A stretch of 64,000 nt of DNA from Acidobacteriota bacterium (GTDB lineage Bacteria > Acidobacteriota > Vicinamibacteria > Fen-336), in assembly GCA_032127875.1 (NCBI GenBank), contig JAQBHI010000177.1, positions 2,609 to 66,608 of the forward strand, written 5' to 3'. Below are positions 37,829 through 47,634 of this stretch, piece after piece (the first letter of the stretch is position 1; every line of letters begins with the position of its first letter). Position numbers and translations under genes: made by a program. The notes beneath the pieces are model-generated. The model had not been told where the DNA came from, made no database searches, and was given only the letters and a program-made list of their open reading frames with translations.

Positions 37829-38323
37829 CTACTCGTCGTAGTCGTCGTAGCCGCCGCCCCGCCGCCGGGTAGGAACCGCCTTGTTGACGCTGCGCGCCGG
37901 CTTTTGCTTGAAGCGGCGCCCTTCGCGCTTCTCTTCCTTGAAGTCGGGCGGCGGGAAAGGCATCTCGCCGGTTCCGCCACGGCCGAACGAAGGCCGGTCG
38001 GGCCGGAAGGCTGGCCGGACCGGGGCCGCCCCTACCGGTCGGGGCGGGCGGCTGTCGGCCTCGTTGACGCGCAGCGGCCGTCCCTTCATGTCCTTGCCGT
38101 TCAGCAACTCGATCGACTTGGCCGCCGACTCGTCGCTGTCGAACTCGACGAACGCGAAGCCGCGGGGCCGACCCGTCTCGCGGTCGGTTGGGACCTTGGC
38201 GTCCACCACCTTGCCGGCCGCGCCAAAAATCTGCATGAGCTCGTCGCGAGTCACGTCATAGCTGAGGTTCCCCACGAACACCTTGTTCGAAATGGCCCTG
38301 ATCTCCCCGAAAGCAACCGCCAT
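37829..38323 (-). CDS. RRM-domain RNA-binding protein (start probably ATT at 38293)
   Basis: RNP2 VFVGNL, RNP1 RGFAFVEF, DRETGR, LNG..GR.LRVNEA. Confidence 0.93.
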   Translation of the reverse strand: MAVAFGEIRAISNKVFVGNLSYDVTRDELMQIFGAAGKVVDAKVPTDRETGRPRGFAFVEFDSDESAAKSIELLNGKDMKGRPLRVNEADSRPPRPVGAAPVRPAFRPDRPSFGRGGTGEMPFPPPDFKEEKREGRRFKQKPARSVNKAVPTRRRGGGYDDYDE

Positions 38324-38488
38324 ACGGTCGCGAAATCTCGCAGGACTGTAGCAGAAAGCCCGCAGGATGCCAATGTTCGCTGGATTCTGATCCAGCGCCT
38401 GCCAACCCTCCTCGGGCGAGCGGCGTCTACCGCCGAGCCTAACCTCGGCACCGCGAGGCCCAAACTGTGTCCCATATACTGGCGGCAC

Positions 38489-39265
38489 GTGCTCCTGCTC
38501 CGCCAGACGGCCGTGCTGGTCCTCGTCCTCGCGCGCATGGCGGCCGCCGCCGACCTCGAGACGCCCGCCGGGGACGTGCATGAGCTGCCACGCCGTGTGC
38601 GCCGCATCGTGATCCACGCGCTCGGCAACCCCGCATACGAGGAGCCTCGACGCCGCTGGATGTTCCTGACGCCCCCGCAGACCCAGCGACTCTGGCGTCC
38701 AGGGTTCGGGGCGCATTGGATCGTCTGGACGGACGGCTCGATCTGGCCACGGCATCCCCGGCCAGGCGAGGATCCCTCGTTCCTGCCCGCGGCTGGTCCC
38801 ACGGATGAGGAGTCGCGTCGCCGCCTGGCCATGCAGGCGGCGCCTGTCTACTCCCACCTCCATCACGGCAACTCGAACTCCATCGGCATCGAGGTCGCGC
38901 ATTCGGGCCGAGCGGACGATCCGGTCCCGCCGGCACAGGCACGCGCGCTGGCCTGGCTGCTCGGAACCCTGTTGGAGATATCGCGCGGGCGCCTCACCAC
39001 CGCGGACGTCTATGGCCACAAAGACCTGGATCTCCGGCCCGCCTACGTCGAAGCAAGCTGCGTACGCCCGGGATGTCCGGTGTTTGCGGATGCAGAGGGG
39101 CGGACCTATCGCCGCCGCGTCGATCCACCGGAAGCGATCTTCGCGGCACTCGCCAGAGAGGGTCTGGTGATCTCTCGGCGAGCACGCGAGGACGACGGCG
39201 AGCTGCTCCGCGCGGAAGCCCTCGGCGCTCTGCGAGCACAGGTTGCCCGCGAACGGGCCCCCTGA
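38489..39265 (+). CDS. N-acetylmuramoyl-L-alanine amidase (Amidase_2), secreted
   Basis: IVIH, HWIV..DG.I, H..GN..SIGIE, AQ...L..L, YGHKD; signal peptide from GTG 38489. Confidence 0.8.
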   Translation: MLLLRQTAVLVLVLARMAAAADLETPAGDVHELPRRVRRIVIHALGNPAYEEPRRRWMFLTPPQTQRLWRPGFGAHWIVWTDGSIWPRHPRPGEDPSFLPAAGPTDEESRRRLAMQAAPVYSHLHHGNSNSIGIEVAHSGRADDPVPPAQARALAWLLGTLLEISRGRLTTADVYGHKDLDLRPAYVEASCVRPGCPVFADAEGRTYRRRVDPPEAIFAALAREGLVISRRAREDDGELLRAEALGALRAQVARERAP

Positions 39266-39448
39266 GCGGCCAGCTCGTTACCTGCCGCTCCCGGCCTAGG
39301 CCACGCCGTCGTCCAAGGGCCCCACGGACCGCTTGGCGTCCCTGCGTCTTGGCCGTCGTCGGCGCTTCGTACGCTGCGCCGGCGGGCCTAGCCAACCCTC
39401 CCCGGGTGGCCGGCGTCTCAGGGGCAACGTGGAGCGAACAGCCAGACG

Positions 39449-40506
39449 ATGACGCCGATCCTCACATCCATCCTCTTGCATGCCGGACTCGCGGCGGCCT
39501 CCGACGAGGCGGCTCGCCAGCTCCACGCGGTCCGGCTCACCGAACCGGTGGCGGTCGACGGCGAGCTCAGCGAGGCGGTGTGGATGAGCGCACCGGCAGC
39601 CACCGGCTTCACGCAGCGCGAACCGAATGAAGACGCCGCACCGAGCGAGAAGACCGAGGTGCGGCTCGCCTACGACGACGACGCGCTCTACGTCGCGGCC
39701 CGCATGCACGATTCGCAGCCGAGGGCGATCGTGGCGCGGCTGGGTCGCCGCGATGCCCGGCTCCAGGCCGACGCCTTCACGCTCTACGTGGACGGCTATC
39801 GCGATCGGCGCAGCGGCTTGTACTTCTCGGTGAACGCCGCCGGCACGCTCGTCGCCGGCACGCTCTACAACGACGACTGGGACGACGACACGTGGGACGG
39901 CGTATGGGAAGGTCGGGCCCGCATCGACGTCGAGGGCTGGACCGTGGAGATGCGCATCCCGTACTCGCAGCTGCGTTTCAAGAAGCAGCCCGATCTCGTC
40001 TTCGGCGTCAACTGTCGCCGCTTCCAGTCGCGGACCAAAGAGGATTCGTACCTGGCGATCCGGCCCAAGAAGGAGAACGGCTTCGTGTCGCGCTTCCCGG
40101 AGCTCCACGGCATCGCCGGCATCGCGCCGCCGCACCGGATCTCGATCACGCCCTACGCCACAGGCAAGGGCAGCCATTCGCCCCATGATCTGGCGAACCC
40201 GTTGAGCGACGGCTCCGAGCTTGCCCCTGCGTTGGGCGCCGACGCCAAGATCGGTATCGGCACCGGCCTGACTGTGGACGCAAGCGTCAACCCGGACTTC
40301 GGCCAGGTAGAAGTGGACCCGGCTGTCGTCAACCTCTCCGACGTCGAAACCTTCTTCGACGAAAAGCGTCCCTTCTTCGTCGAGGGTTCGAGTCTCTTCA
40401 ACTTCGGCTACGGGGGCGCCAGCAACTTTTTCGGCTTGGCCGGCTGCTCAAGGCCAAGGCGGACAACATTTTCCTGGTCAAGTTCGCCTACCGCTTCGGC
40501 AAGTAG
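39449..40506 (+). pseudogene. CBM9-like/DUF5916 outer-membrane protein with large internal deletion and frameshift
   Basis: VDG.L.E..W, YDDDALYV, F.VN.AG, WD.VW, W.VEMRIP.SQLRF, NPDFGQVE.D..V.NL, EKRPFF.EG; the C-terminal signature DNIFLVKFAYRF* follows immediately out of frame (40438-40506). Confidence 0.8.
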
Positions 40507-40575
40507 CAAGCACTGCTTGTCGGCGGCTCTCGCGCGGTGTAGAACTCCGCCATCCTTTCCGCCGAGGTCGAGCCC

Positions 40576-41757
40576 TTGGAAGAGTTCATTCAGCGGCAGA
40601 TCCTGGGGTTGCGCGCTACGCCCAACACGCCGCTGCCGCGGCCGGCGCAATGCCTGATCGTGAAGCGGCTCGCCAAACGCTGCGTCGCGAGCCAGGCGGG
40701 GGTGGCCGAGAAGGATCTGCTCGTCGAGATCGACGGCCAACCGGCCATCGGCTTCATCCCGAAGCTGTATTTGTATCGCGCGACCGAGCGCCGCTACCTG
40801 TTCTATTCGCGCCCCCGCCACGAGCGGATCGAGCTCGCCACCAGCGGGATCGAGATCGGCGTCGAGCTGGCGAAGACTCTCGACGCCATCAAGCTCCTCT
40901 ACGATCCGCGCAAGCCGGACCACACGGCGCTCGAGCAGGTCTGGGAGGCGCGCGACTGGCGCAGCCTGGAGAAGCTCGCGAGCGCCTCGCTCGCGGCAGA
41001 TAAACAGCGCGGGACTCCCGCGCTCGTCTTCGAAGGCGCTGCGCTGTGGGAAACCGGCCGCACGGAAGAGGGGATGCGGTGCGTCTCCGAGTACATGGAC
41101 AAGTACGCGTCCTGGTGGACGATGAACTTCACTGCCGTCGGCTACTACTATTTTGCGATGGAGTGGCTTCGCAAGACAGACAAGCAGAAAGCCAGGCAGC
41201 TGGTCGACCTTGCCTACGAGAATCAGCCCTCCGAGGCGGTGGCACGCGGCGTCGAGAAGGTGACCGGCGAGAAGCCGCGACCACCCGCACCCGAATGGGT
41301 GCAAAAGCGTTTTCCCGTCGACTACTCGCTGCCGCGGCTGGATGGAGGCGAAGGCGAGGTGTCGCTGGTCTCGACACTTCACAGCATGCCGAAGGACAAG
41401 CTGCTGATCGTCTGCCTGCTCGCGAACTACCGAGGCAACGGGCCGTACAACGATTTCATGAGCCGCTACCATAACTACGCTCGCTACTTTTCCGAGCACC
41501 TGCATGCCTTGCACGTGATCACGATGGAGGCGGAGCGCAAGGCCGACCGCGCCCACTACTACACGAGTGAAGACGAGGCGCGAGCCGCCCGCTTCCCGGT
41601 TTCGATCCTGCTCGAGCCCGGTGAAGTCACGGACAAGGTCGCGCCGCACGGGAGCCCGCTCGTACTGCTGCTCGATCGCAGCGCCACGGTCGTCTACGAA
41701 GGCGAGCTCGACGCCGTCGAGCTCTGGGATACGCTCGCCAGCGTCAGCGCAGCCTAG
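40576..41757 (+). CDS. Hypothetical protein: PDZ-like, helical repeats, thioredoxin-like domain without CxxC
   Basis: ASQAGV..KDLLVEIDG; helical middle; YSLP.LDG...VSL......GSPLVLLLD....VVY.G. Confidence 0.7.
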   Translation: MEEFIQRQILGLRATPNTPLPRPAQCLIVKRLAKRCVASQAGVAEKDLLVEIDGQPAIGFIPKLYLYRATERRYLFYSRPRHERIELATSGIEIGVELAKTLDAIKLLYDPRKPDHTALEQVWEARDWRSLEKLASASLAADKQRGTPALVFEGAALWETGRTEEGMRCVSEYMDKYASWWTMNFTAVGYYYFAMEWLRKTDKQKARQLVDLAYENQPSEAVARGVEKVTGEKPRPPAPEWVQKRFPVDYSLPRLDGGEGEVSLVSTLHSMPKDKLLIVCLLANYRGNGPYNDFMSRYHNYARYFSEHLHALHVITMEAERKADRAHYYTSEDEARAARFPVSILLEPGEVTDKVAPHGSPLVLLLDRSATVVYEGELDAVELWDTLASVSAA

Positions 41758-42488
41758 TGCCGTTTCCTGTGCTGCTGCTGGATGGGGGCCTGGTGCTCGT
41801 CACGCTGGGTGTCTCGAGCCTGCCGGTCCGCACGACGCAGGACCTCAGCGGGCCGATGATTGGCCTGGGCTTGATGCTCGTCGTCATCGCGCTGGCCCTG
41901 CCGGCGCGGGCGCTCCGGATCGAGGGTCCGCCGATGGCCCTCGATCGGCTGATACCGGAGTACGAATTCGGCGAGTTCCACGAGATCCGGGTTCGCGCTC
42001 CCGCCGAACGCGTCTACCGCGCTATCCGGGAGGTGACGGCGCCCGAGATCCGGTTCTTCCGGCTGCTCACCTGGATCCGCGCTCCGCGCCTGCCCGGACC
42101 CGGAAAGGAGAGCGTCCTCAACCCGGGCGCGACGCGGCCGATACTCGAGGTCGCGCTGAGCTCAGGCTTCTTGCTCGTACACGAGGAAGCGGGCCGCGAG
42201 GTCGTCGTCGGCACGCTGGTCGGTCGTGGGAACGCGTCGCGGCCGAAGACCGGCGCCGAGCTCGTCGCGATGCAGGACGGGGACCTCACGAAGGCGTTCA
42301 TGAACTTCGCCGTGATCGACGCTGGCGGCGACTTCATGCGCGTCGTCACGCAGACGCGCATCCATGCGACGAGCGCCGCCGCCTCGCGCCGCTTCGCCGC
42401 GTATTGGCGGCTCATCTACCCCGGTAGCGCGTTCATTCGGCGCATGTGGTTGCGCGCGATTCGCGACCGCGCCGAGGCCACGAGCTAG
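41757..42488 (+). CDS. Membrane-anchored DUF2867/SRPBCC-like protein
   Basis: LD.LIP.Y.F.E.H...V.A..E.VY.A; T.TRI.AT......RF..YW..I.PGS..IRR.WL. Confidence 0.7.
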   Translation: MPFPVLLLDGGLVLVTLGVSSLPVRTTQDLSGPMIGLGLMLVVIALALPARALRIEGPPMALDRLIPEYEFGEFHEIRVRAPAERVYRAIREVTAPEIRFFRLLTWIRAPRLPGPGKESVLNPGATRPILEVALSSGFLLVHEEAGREVVVGTLVGRGNASRPKTGAELVAMQDGDLTKAFMNFAVIDAGGDFMRVVTQTRIHATSAAASRRFAAYWRLIYPGSAFIRRMWLRAIRDRAEATS

Positions 42489-42513
42489 AATCGCCGCCTC
42501 GGAGGTCACGCTC

Positions 42514-44136
42514 ATGATCCTTCCTCTCCTCGCGCTGCTCGCGGCCACCACCCCGGCGGCGCCGGCTTACGACCTGGTGTTCTCGGGCGGGCGGGTCGTG
42601 GACGGAACCGGCGCGCCCTGGTTCCGCGCCGACGTGGGCGTCGCAGGCGACCGGATCGTGGCCGTGGGCGATCTGGCCTCGGCACAGGCCAGCAGGCGCA
42701 TCGATGCCAGCGGCCTGGTAATCGCGCCGGGCTTCATCGACATGCTGGGGCAGTCGGAATACAACGTGCTCGTCGATCCGCGCGCCGCCAGCAAGATCAC
42801 TCAGGGCATCACCACGGAGATCACGGGCGAAGGCAAGGCCATAGCACCGCTCTCGGCCAGGATGATCGAGGATGGCCGCGAGACCTGGCAGCGCTATGGT
42901 GTCACGCCCGATTGGACGAGCCTCGCCGGCTACTGGAGCGCCTTCGAAAAGGCGCGCCCGACGATCAACCTCGGCACCTTCGTGGGCGCGGGCGGTCTGC
43001 GCGCGATGGTCGTGGGCAACGAGGATCGGCCGGCGACTCCCGGCGAGCTCGCTGCGATGGAGACGGCGGCAGCCCAGGCGATGGAGGAAGGCGCTCTCGG
43101 GCTTTCGACGTCGCTGATCTACGTGCCGGGACGCTTTGCCTCGACCGAGGAGATCGTAGCGCTCGCCAAAGTCGTGGCGCGCTATGGCGGCAGCTATATC
43201 ACGCACCAACGCGACGAAGGCGACGGCATCGACCAGAGCCTCGACGAGGTATTCCGCATCGCACGCGAGGCGAGGCTTCCGGCCGAGATCTATCACCTCA
43301 AGACCGGGGGCACCAAGAACTGGGGCCGCATGCCGGCGGTTCTGGCAAGAATCGAGGCGGCGCGGGCCGAAGGCCTCGACGTCACGGCCGACCAGTACCC
43401 GTGGACCGCCAGCTCGAACAATCTCGACGCCAGCCTGCCCGCCTGGGTGCGCGAGGGTGGCCGCAACAAGCTCGTGGAGCGGCTGCGCGACCCGCTTCAG
43501 CGGCAGCGCGCGCACGCCGAGGTCGCCGCCGACGATTTCCGGGGCGAGAACGTGCTGATCACGAGTGTCCTGAACCCGGCGCTCAAGGAGTACGAAGGCC
43601 AGACGCTGTCCGATATCGGGAAAGCCGAGGGCAAGGACCCGATCGACGCGATGATCGAGATCGTGATCGCCGACAAAGGCAACACCGGCCGCATCACCTT
43701 CAGCATGAGCGAGGGCGACGTGCGCGCAGCGCTGCGCCATCCGCTCGTCGGTTTTTGCACCGACTCCGGGGCCTCGGCCGAGGACGGGATCTTCTCGCAG
43801 GAAAAATCCCACCCGCGCGCCTGGGCCTCGACGGCACGCATCCTCGGCAAGTACGTCCGCGACGAGAAGCTGCTCAGCCTCGAGGAGGCGATCCGCAAGA
43901 TGACGTCGCTGCCGGCCTCGCGCATGCGGCTTGCGGATCGCGGCATCGTCCGGGCCGGCATGGCCGCGGACCTCGTCGTCTTCGATCCGGCCAGCGTCCG
44001 CGAGCGTTCGACCTACGCCGATCCCAATCGCTACAGCGAAGGCTTCCGCTACGTCGCGGTGAACGGTCAACTGGTCGTCGACGAGGGCCGACTCACGGCC
44101 GCCCGTCCTGGCCGCCCCCTGAAGCATCGGAAATAG
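42514..44136 (+). CDS. N-acyl-D-amino-acid deacylase family amidohydrolase, secreted
   Basis: GGRVVDGTG.P...ADVGV.GDRI, PGFID, QGITT, G.STSL.Y.PG, DQYP, HPR, RKMTSLPA, ADLVVFDP. Confidence 0.92.
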   Translation: MILPLLALLAATTPAAPAYDLVFSGGRVVDGTGAPWFRADVGVAGDRIVAVGDLASAQASRRIDASGLVIAPGFIDMLGQSEYNVLVDPRAASKITQGITTEITGEGKAIAPLSARMIEDGRETWQRYGVTPDWTSLAGYWSAFEKARPTINLGTFVGAGGLRAMVVGNEDRPATPGELAAMETAAAQAMEEGALGLSTSLIYVPGRFASTEEIVALAKVVARYGGSYITHQRDEGDGIDQSLDEVFRIAREARLPAEIYHLKTGGTKNWGRMPAVLARIEAARAEGLDVTADQYPWTASSNNLDASLPAWVREGGRNKLVERLRDPLQRQRAHAEVAADDFRGENVLITSVLNPALKEYEGQTLSDIGKAEGKDPIDAMIEIVIADKGNTGRITFSMSEGDVRAALRHPLVGFCTDSGASAEDGIFSQEKSHPRAWASTARILGKYVRDEKLLSLEEAIRKMTSLPASRMRLADRGIVRAGMAADLVVFDPASVRERSTYADPNRYSEGFRYVAVNGQLVVDEGRLTAARPGRPLKHRK

Positions 44137-44199
44137 CTCCGGCAGCCCGTCGAGCGTGGCGCGATCGGCCTTTGGCCAACCGGGGTAAGATGCGAAGCG

Positions 44200-44835
44200 A
44201 TGATCGTGCGCACGTTTCCGGTGGGGCTCCTCCAGTGCAACTGCACCGTGATCGGGGATGAGACGACGAAGCAGGCGATCGTCATCGATCCCGGTGATGA
44301 CCCGGAAACGGTGCTCGCGGCGCTGCGCGAGGAGGGTCTCACGTGCATGGCGATCCTGATCACGCACACGCACCTCGATCACGTCGGCGGCAACCAGGCC
44401 GTGAAGGACGGGACGGGCGCGCGGCTGATGCTGCACGAGGCCGACCTGCCGCTGTACGACAACCTGAAGGCGCAGGCCGAGTGGATGGGCGGCATGCTGC
44501 GGCCTCCGATCCGCGCCGAAGTCGACGAGCACATTCACCAGGGCGATCTCGTGAGCGCGGGCGCGCTCACGGCCGAGGTCCTGCACACCCCCGGACACAC
44601 CCCCGGGAGCCTGTGTTTCCACCTGGACGGCGCCGAGCCGCTGCTGCTCTCGGGCGACACGCTGTTCGCCGGCAGCATCGGTCGGACTGATCTGTGGGGC
44701 GGCGACTTCGACCAGGAAATTGCCTCGATCCGCACCCGCCTGCTCGCCCTCGACGACAAGACCCGTGTCATCCCGGGCCATGGCCCGGAGACGACGATCG
44801 GCCGCGAGCGCCGCAAGAACCCGTTTCTCACCTGA
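44200..44835 (+). CDS. MBL-fold metallo-hydrolase (glyoxalase II-like)
   Basis: THTHLDHVGG, TPGHTPG, SGDTLF.GSIGRTD, PGHG. Confidence 0.93.
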   Translation: MIVRTFPVGLLQCNCTVIGDETTKQAIVIDPGDDPETVLAALREEGLTCMAILITHTHLDHVGGNQAVKDGTGARLMLHEADLPLYDNLKAQAEWMGGMLRPPIRAEVDEHIHQGDLVSAGALTAEVLHTPGHTPGSLCFHLDGAEPLLLSGDTLFAGSIGRTDLWGGDFDQEIASIRTRLLALDDKTRVIPGHGPETTIGRERRKNPFLT

Positions 44836-44928
44836 GCCCGGAGCTCGACCCACGATGAAGACCTCGATGCTGTTTGCTGCCCTGCGCGACGAGTGCCTGC
44901 CGCGCAAGCCGCTGCCTCGGAGGTGAAC

Positions 44929-45306
44929 GTGGCGACCGAACGCATCCCGGCGATCAAGGTCCTGCTCCTGCCCAAGGACACCAACGCTTACGGCACGATA
45001 TTCGGCGGCGTGATCCTGTCGCACATCGACCTCGCCTCGGCCGTCGAGGCGCGCAAGATCGCGGCCCGCCGCTACGTGACCAAGGCCATGCGCGAGGTGG
45101 AGTTCTACGCTCCCGTATTTCTCGGCGACATCGTGAATTTCTTCACCGAGACTGTGCGCGTCGGCAGGACGTCTGTCACCGTGAAAGTGACCGTCGAGGC
45201 CGAGCGCTGGGGCGCCGGCAGCGGCGAGCGCGTGAAGGTGACCGAGGCCGAGGTCGTGCTGGTGGCTGTGGACGAGCGCGGGCAGCCGCGCCTGGTCAAG
45301 GACTAG
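44929..45306 (+). CDS. Acyl-CoA thioesterase (hotdog fold, YciA-like)
   Basis: P.DTN..G.IFGG.ILS.ID.A, F..PV..GD, GRTS; GGAGG RBS before GTG. Confidence 0.92.
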   Translation: MATERIPAIKVLLLPKDTNAYGTIFGGVILSHIDLASAVEARKIAARRYVTKAMREVEFYAPVFLGDIVNFFTETVRVGRTSVTVKVTVEAERWGAGSGERVKVTEAEVVLVAVDERGQPRLVKD

Positions 45307-45349
45307 TCCCCCCCGGCGGCCGCGAGTGGTAGGATCGAAACCTTCGCCC

Positions 45350-47425
45350 ATGGACGCCGCCCGCGCCGAGCGCCGCACGCTGAAGGTCGTCTGCCCCCAC
45401 GATTGCCCCGACACGTGCGTCATGACCGTGGACGTGGAGAATGGGAAGGCCGTCTCGATCGGCGGCGATCCCGAGCACAGCTTCACGCAAGGCTTCTTGT
45501 GCGCGAAGGTGAACCACTATCTCGAGCGCGTCTACAGCCCCGATCGAATCCTCCGTCCGATGCGGCGGGTCGGCCGCAAGGGCGAAGGCCGCTTCGAGCC
45601 GATCTCCTGGGACGACGCCCTGGGCGAGATCGCGGCGCGCTTCAAGGCCATCATCACCGAGCACGGCAGCCAGGCGATCCTGCCGTACTCGTACGCAGGC
45701 AACATGGGTCTGCTCTCGTACGGGAGCATGGACCGGCGCTTCTTCCAGGCCCTGGGCGCGAGCCTGCTCGACAGGACGATCTGCGCCTCGGCCGGCGCGG
45801 CCGGCTACAAGGCGACCGTGGGCAGGTCGATCGGCTTCGACCCCGAGGCGATTGTCCACGCGCGCTACATCGTGGCGTGGGGAGCCAACATCGTGAGCTC
45901 CAACGTCCACCTGTGGCCCTTCATCGAAGAGGCGCGCCGGCGCGGCGCCAAGCTGATCGCCATCGACCCGTACCGTTCGCGCACCGCCGAAAAAGCCGAT
46001 CAGCATCTGGCCGTCCTGCCAGGAACGGACGCGGCGCTGGCCCTCGCGATGATGCACGTAATGTTCCGCGACCGTCTCGAGGACCGAGACTACATCGAGC
46101 GCTACTGCGTCGGCGGGGAGCCGCTGCGCGAGCGCGTACGCGAGTGGACCCCCGGTCGAGCCGCAGAGATCACCGGCCTTCCGGCCGTGGCCATCGAGGC
46201 CTTCGCCCGCGAGTATGCGACCACCCAGCCGTCGGCGTTGCGCATCAACTACGGCCTCAATCGCCACGCCGGCGCCGGGATGGCCGTCCGAACCATCTCC
46301 TGCCTGCCGGCCATCAGCGGGGCCTGGCGGCACGCTGGCGGCGGCATCCTGCTTTCGACCTCGGGCACATTCCCGGTCCGCAGCCAGCTTCTCGAGGGGC
46401 AGGCGCTGGTACAGCCGGGCACCCGGACGCTCAACATGAGCGAGATCGGCCGCATCCTGAACGATACAGCCTTGAGCCCTCCCGTGAAGGCGATCTTCGT
46501 GTACAACGCGAACCCGGTCGCCGTGGCCCCCGAACAGGAGAGCGTGCGCCGCGGCTTCGGGCGCGAAGACCTGTTCGTCGTGGTTCACGACCTGTTCCGC
46601 ACCGACAGCGTCGACTTCGCGGATCTCGTGCTGCCGGCGACGACGACCCTCGAGCACTACGACCTGCACAAGGCCTACGGTCATCTGTACCTGAGCCTGA
46701 GCCGGCCTGCGATCGAACCGCTCGGGGAAGCGAAGTCCAACACCGAGCTGTTCCGCCTGCTGGCCGCTCGTCTCGGGCTCGAGCATCCCAGCCTGCGCGA
46801 GAGCGACGCCCAGATGGCCCGCGCGGCGCTAGACTGGTCGCACCCGACCCTCTCGGGGATCTCGTTCGAGAGGCTAGAGAGCGAAGGCTCCATCCGGCTG
46901 AACCTGCCGCAGGCCTACGCGCCGTTTGCCCAGGGCGGCTTCCCGACGCCCTCGGGCAAGTGCGAGCTGTATTCGGAGAGCCTCGCGCGCAAGGGCCACG
47001 ACCCGCTCCCCACGTTCACGCCGCCCCGCGAGAGCGTCGGCAGCGCGCCGCAGCTCGCAAAGAAGTATCCGCTCGCGTTCATTTCTCCGCCCGCTCATCA
47101 CTTCCTCAACTCGACGTTTTCCGCGCAGCCCACCTTGGTGCGTCGCGAGGGCGAGCCGTTGCTCACGATCCACCCGGAGGACGCTTCGGCCCGTGGCATC
47201 CGCGACGGCCAGAACGTGCGTACCTTCAATGACCGGGGCGCGTTCCTGGCCAGGGCTCGCGTCTCCGAGGACGCGCGACGCGGCGTGGTCGTCGGCCTGT
47301 CCGTGTGGTGGTCGAAGCTGTGCCCCGGCGGCCGCAACGCCAACGCCGTCACGAGCCAGGGCCTCACGGACCTGGGCGGAGGCGCCACCTTCTACGACGT
47401 GCTCGTCGAGGTCGCGCCGGCTTGA
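45350..47425 (+). CDS. Molybdopterin oxidoreductase (MopB_3/YoaE-like), cytoplasmic
   Basis: CPHDCPDTC...LCAK Fe-S motif, TIC, IDPYRS.TA, AD.VLPAT, TPSGK, NSTF, HP.DA..RGI. Confidence 0.92.
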   Translation: MDAARAERRTLKVVCPHDCPDTCVMTVDVENGKAVSIGGDPEHSFTQGFLCAKVNHYLERVYSPDRILRPMRRVGRKGEGRFEPISWDDALGEIAARFKAIITEHGSQAILPYSYAGNMGLLSYGSMDRRFFQALGASLLDRTICASAGAAGYKATVGRSIGFDPEAIVHARYIVAWGANIVSSNVHLWPFIEEARRRGAKLIAIDPYRSRTAEKADQHLAVLPGTDAALALAMMHVMFRDRLEDRDYIERYCVGGEPLRERVREWTPGRAAEITGLPAVAIEAFAREYATTQPSALRINYGLNRHAGAGMAVRTISCLPAISGAWRHAGGGILLSTSGTFPVRSQLLEGQALVQPGTRTLNMSEIGRILNDTALSPPVKAIFVYNANPVAVAPEQESVRRGFGREDLFVVVHDLFRTDSVDFADLVLPATTTLEHYDLHKAYGHLYLSLSRPAIEPLGEAKSNTELFRLLAARLGLEHPSLRESDAQMARAALDWSHPTLSGISFERLESEGSIRLNLPQAYAPFAQGGFPTPSGKCELYSESLARKGHDPLPTFTPPRESVGSAPQLAKKYPLAFISPPAHHFLNSTFSAQPTLVRREGEPLLTIHPEDASARGIRDGQNVRTFNDRGAFLARARVSEDARRGVVVGLSVWWSKLCPGGRNANAVTSQGLTDLGGGATFYDVLVEVAPA

Positions 47426-47634
47426 GTCTGCAATCGTTCTGGATCGCCGCCGCGGTGGTGGCGCTGCTGCAACTGGCGCGCACGCGCGACGTCCGCATCG
47501 CTCCGCTCGCCGCATTGTTCGTATTCCAGGCCGTCGCGCATAGTCAAACAGATTGGTTCGCTGCCCGCCCCTGGCACTTTGCCGCGGGCTTCGCCGGACT
47601 CGCGACGCTGGCCATGCTCAGAAAGGCAGCCTAG
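47422..47634 (+). CDS. Small (70 aa) membrane protein
   Basis: TTG overlaps upstream TGA; three hydrophobic stretches; stop abuts the next GTG. Confidence 0.6.
   Translation: MSLQSFWIAAAVVALLQLARTRDVRIAPLAALFVFQAVAHSQTDWFAARPWHFAAGFAGLATLAMLRKAA

Noticed and set aside
42730-42760. D-aminoacylase metal motif reads IDMLGQS rather than HxH
   Set aside because: As far as I recall this is a recurrent variant in this subfamily; not enough to call it inactive or novel
42433-45486. Long antisense or alternate-frame ORFs (for example 1017 aa at 42433-45486, 722 aa at 9529-11697, 540 aa at 27261-28883)
   Set aside because: Shadow ORFs typical of high-GC DNA; they overlap well-supported genes and contain no recognisable motifs
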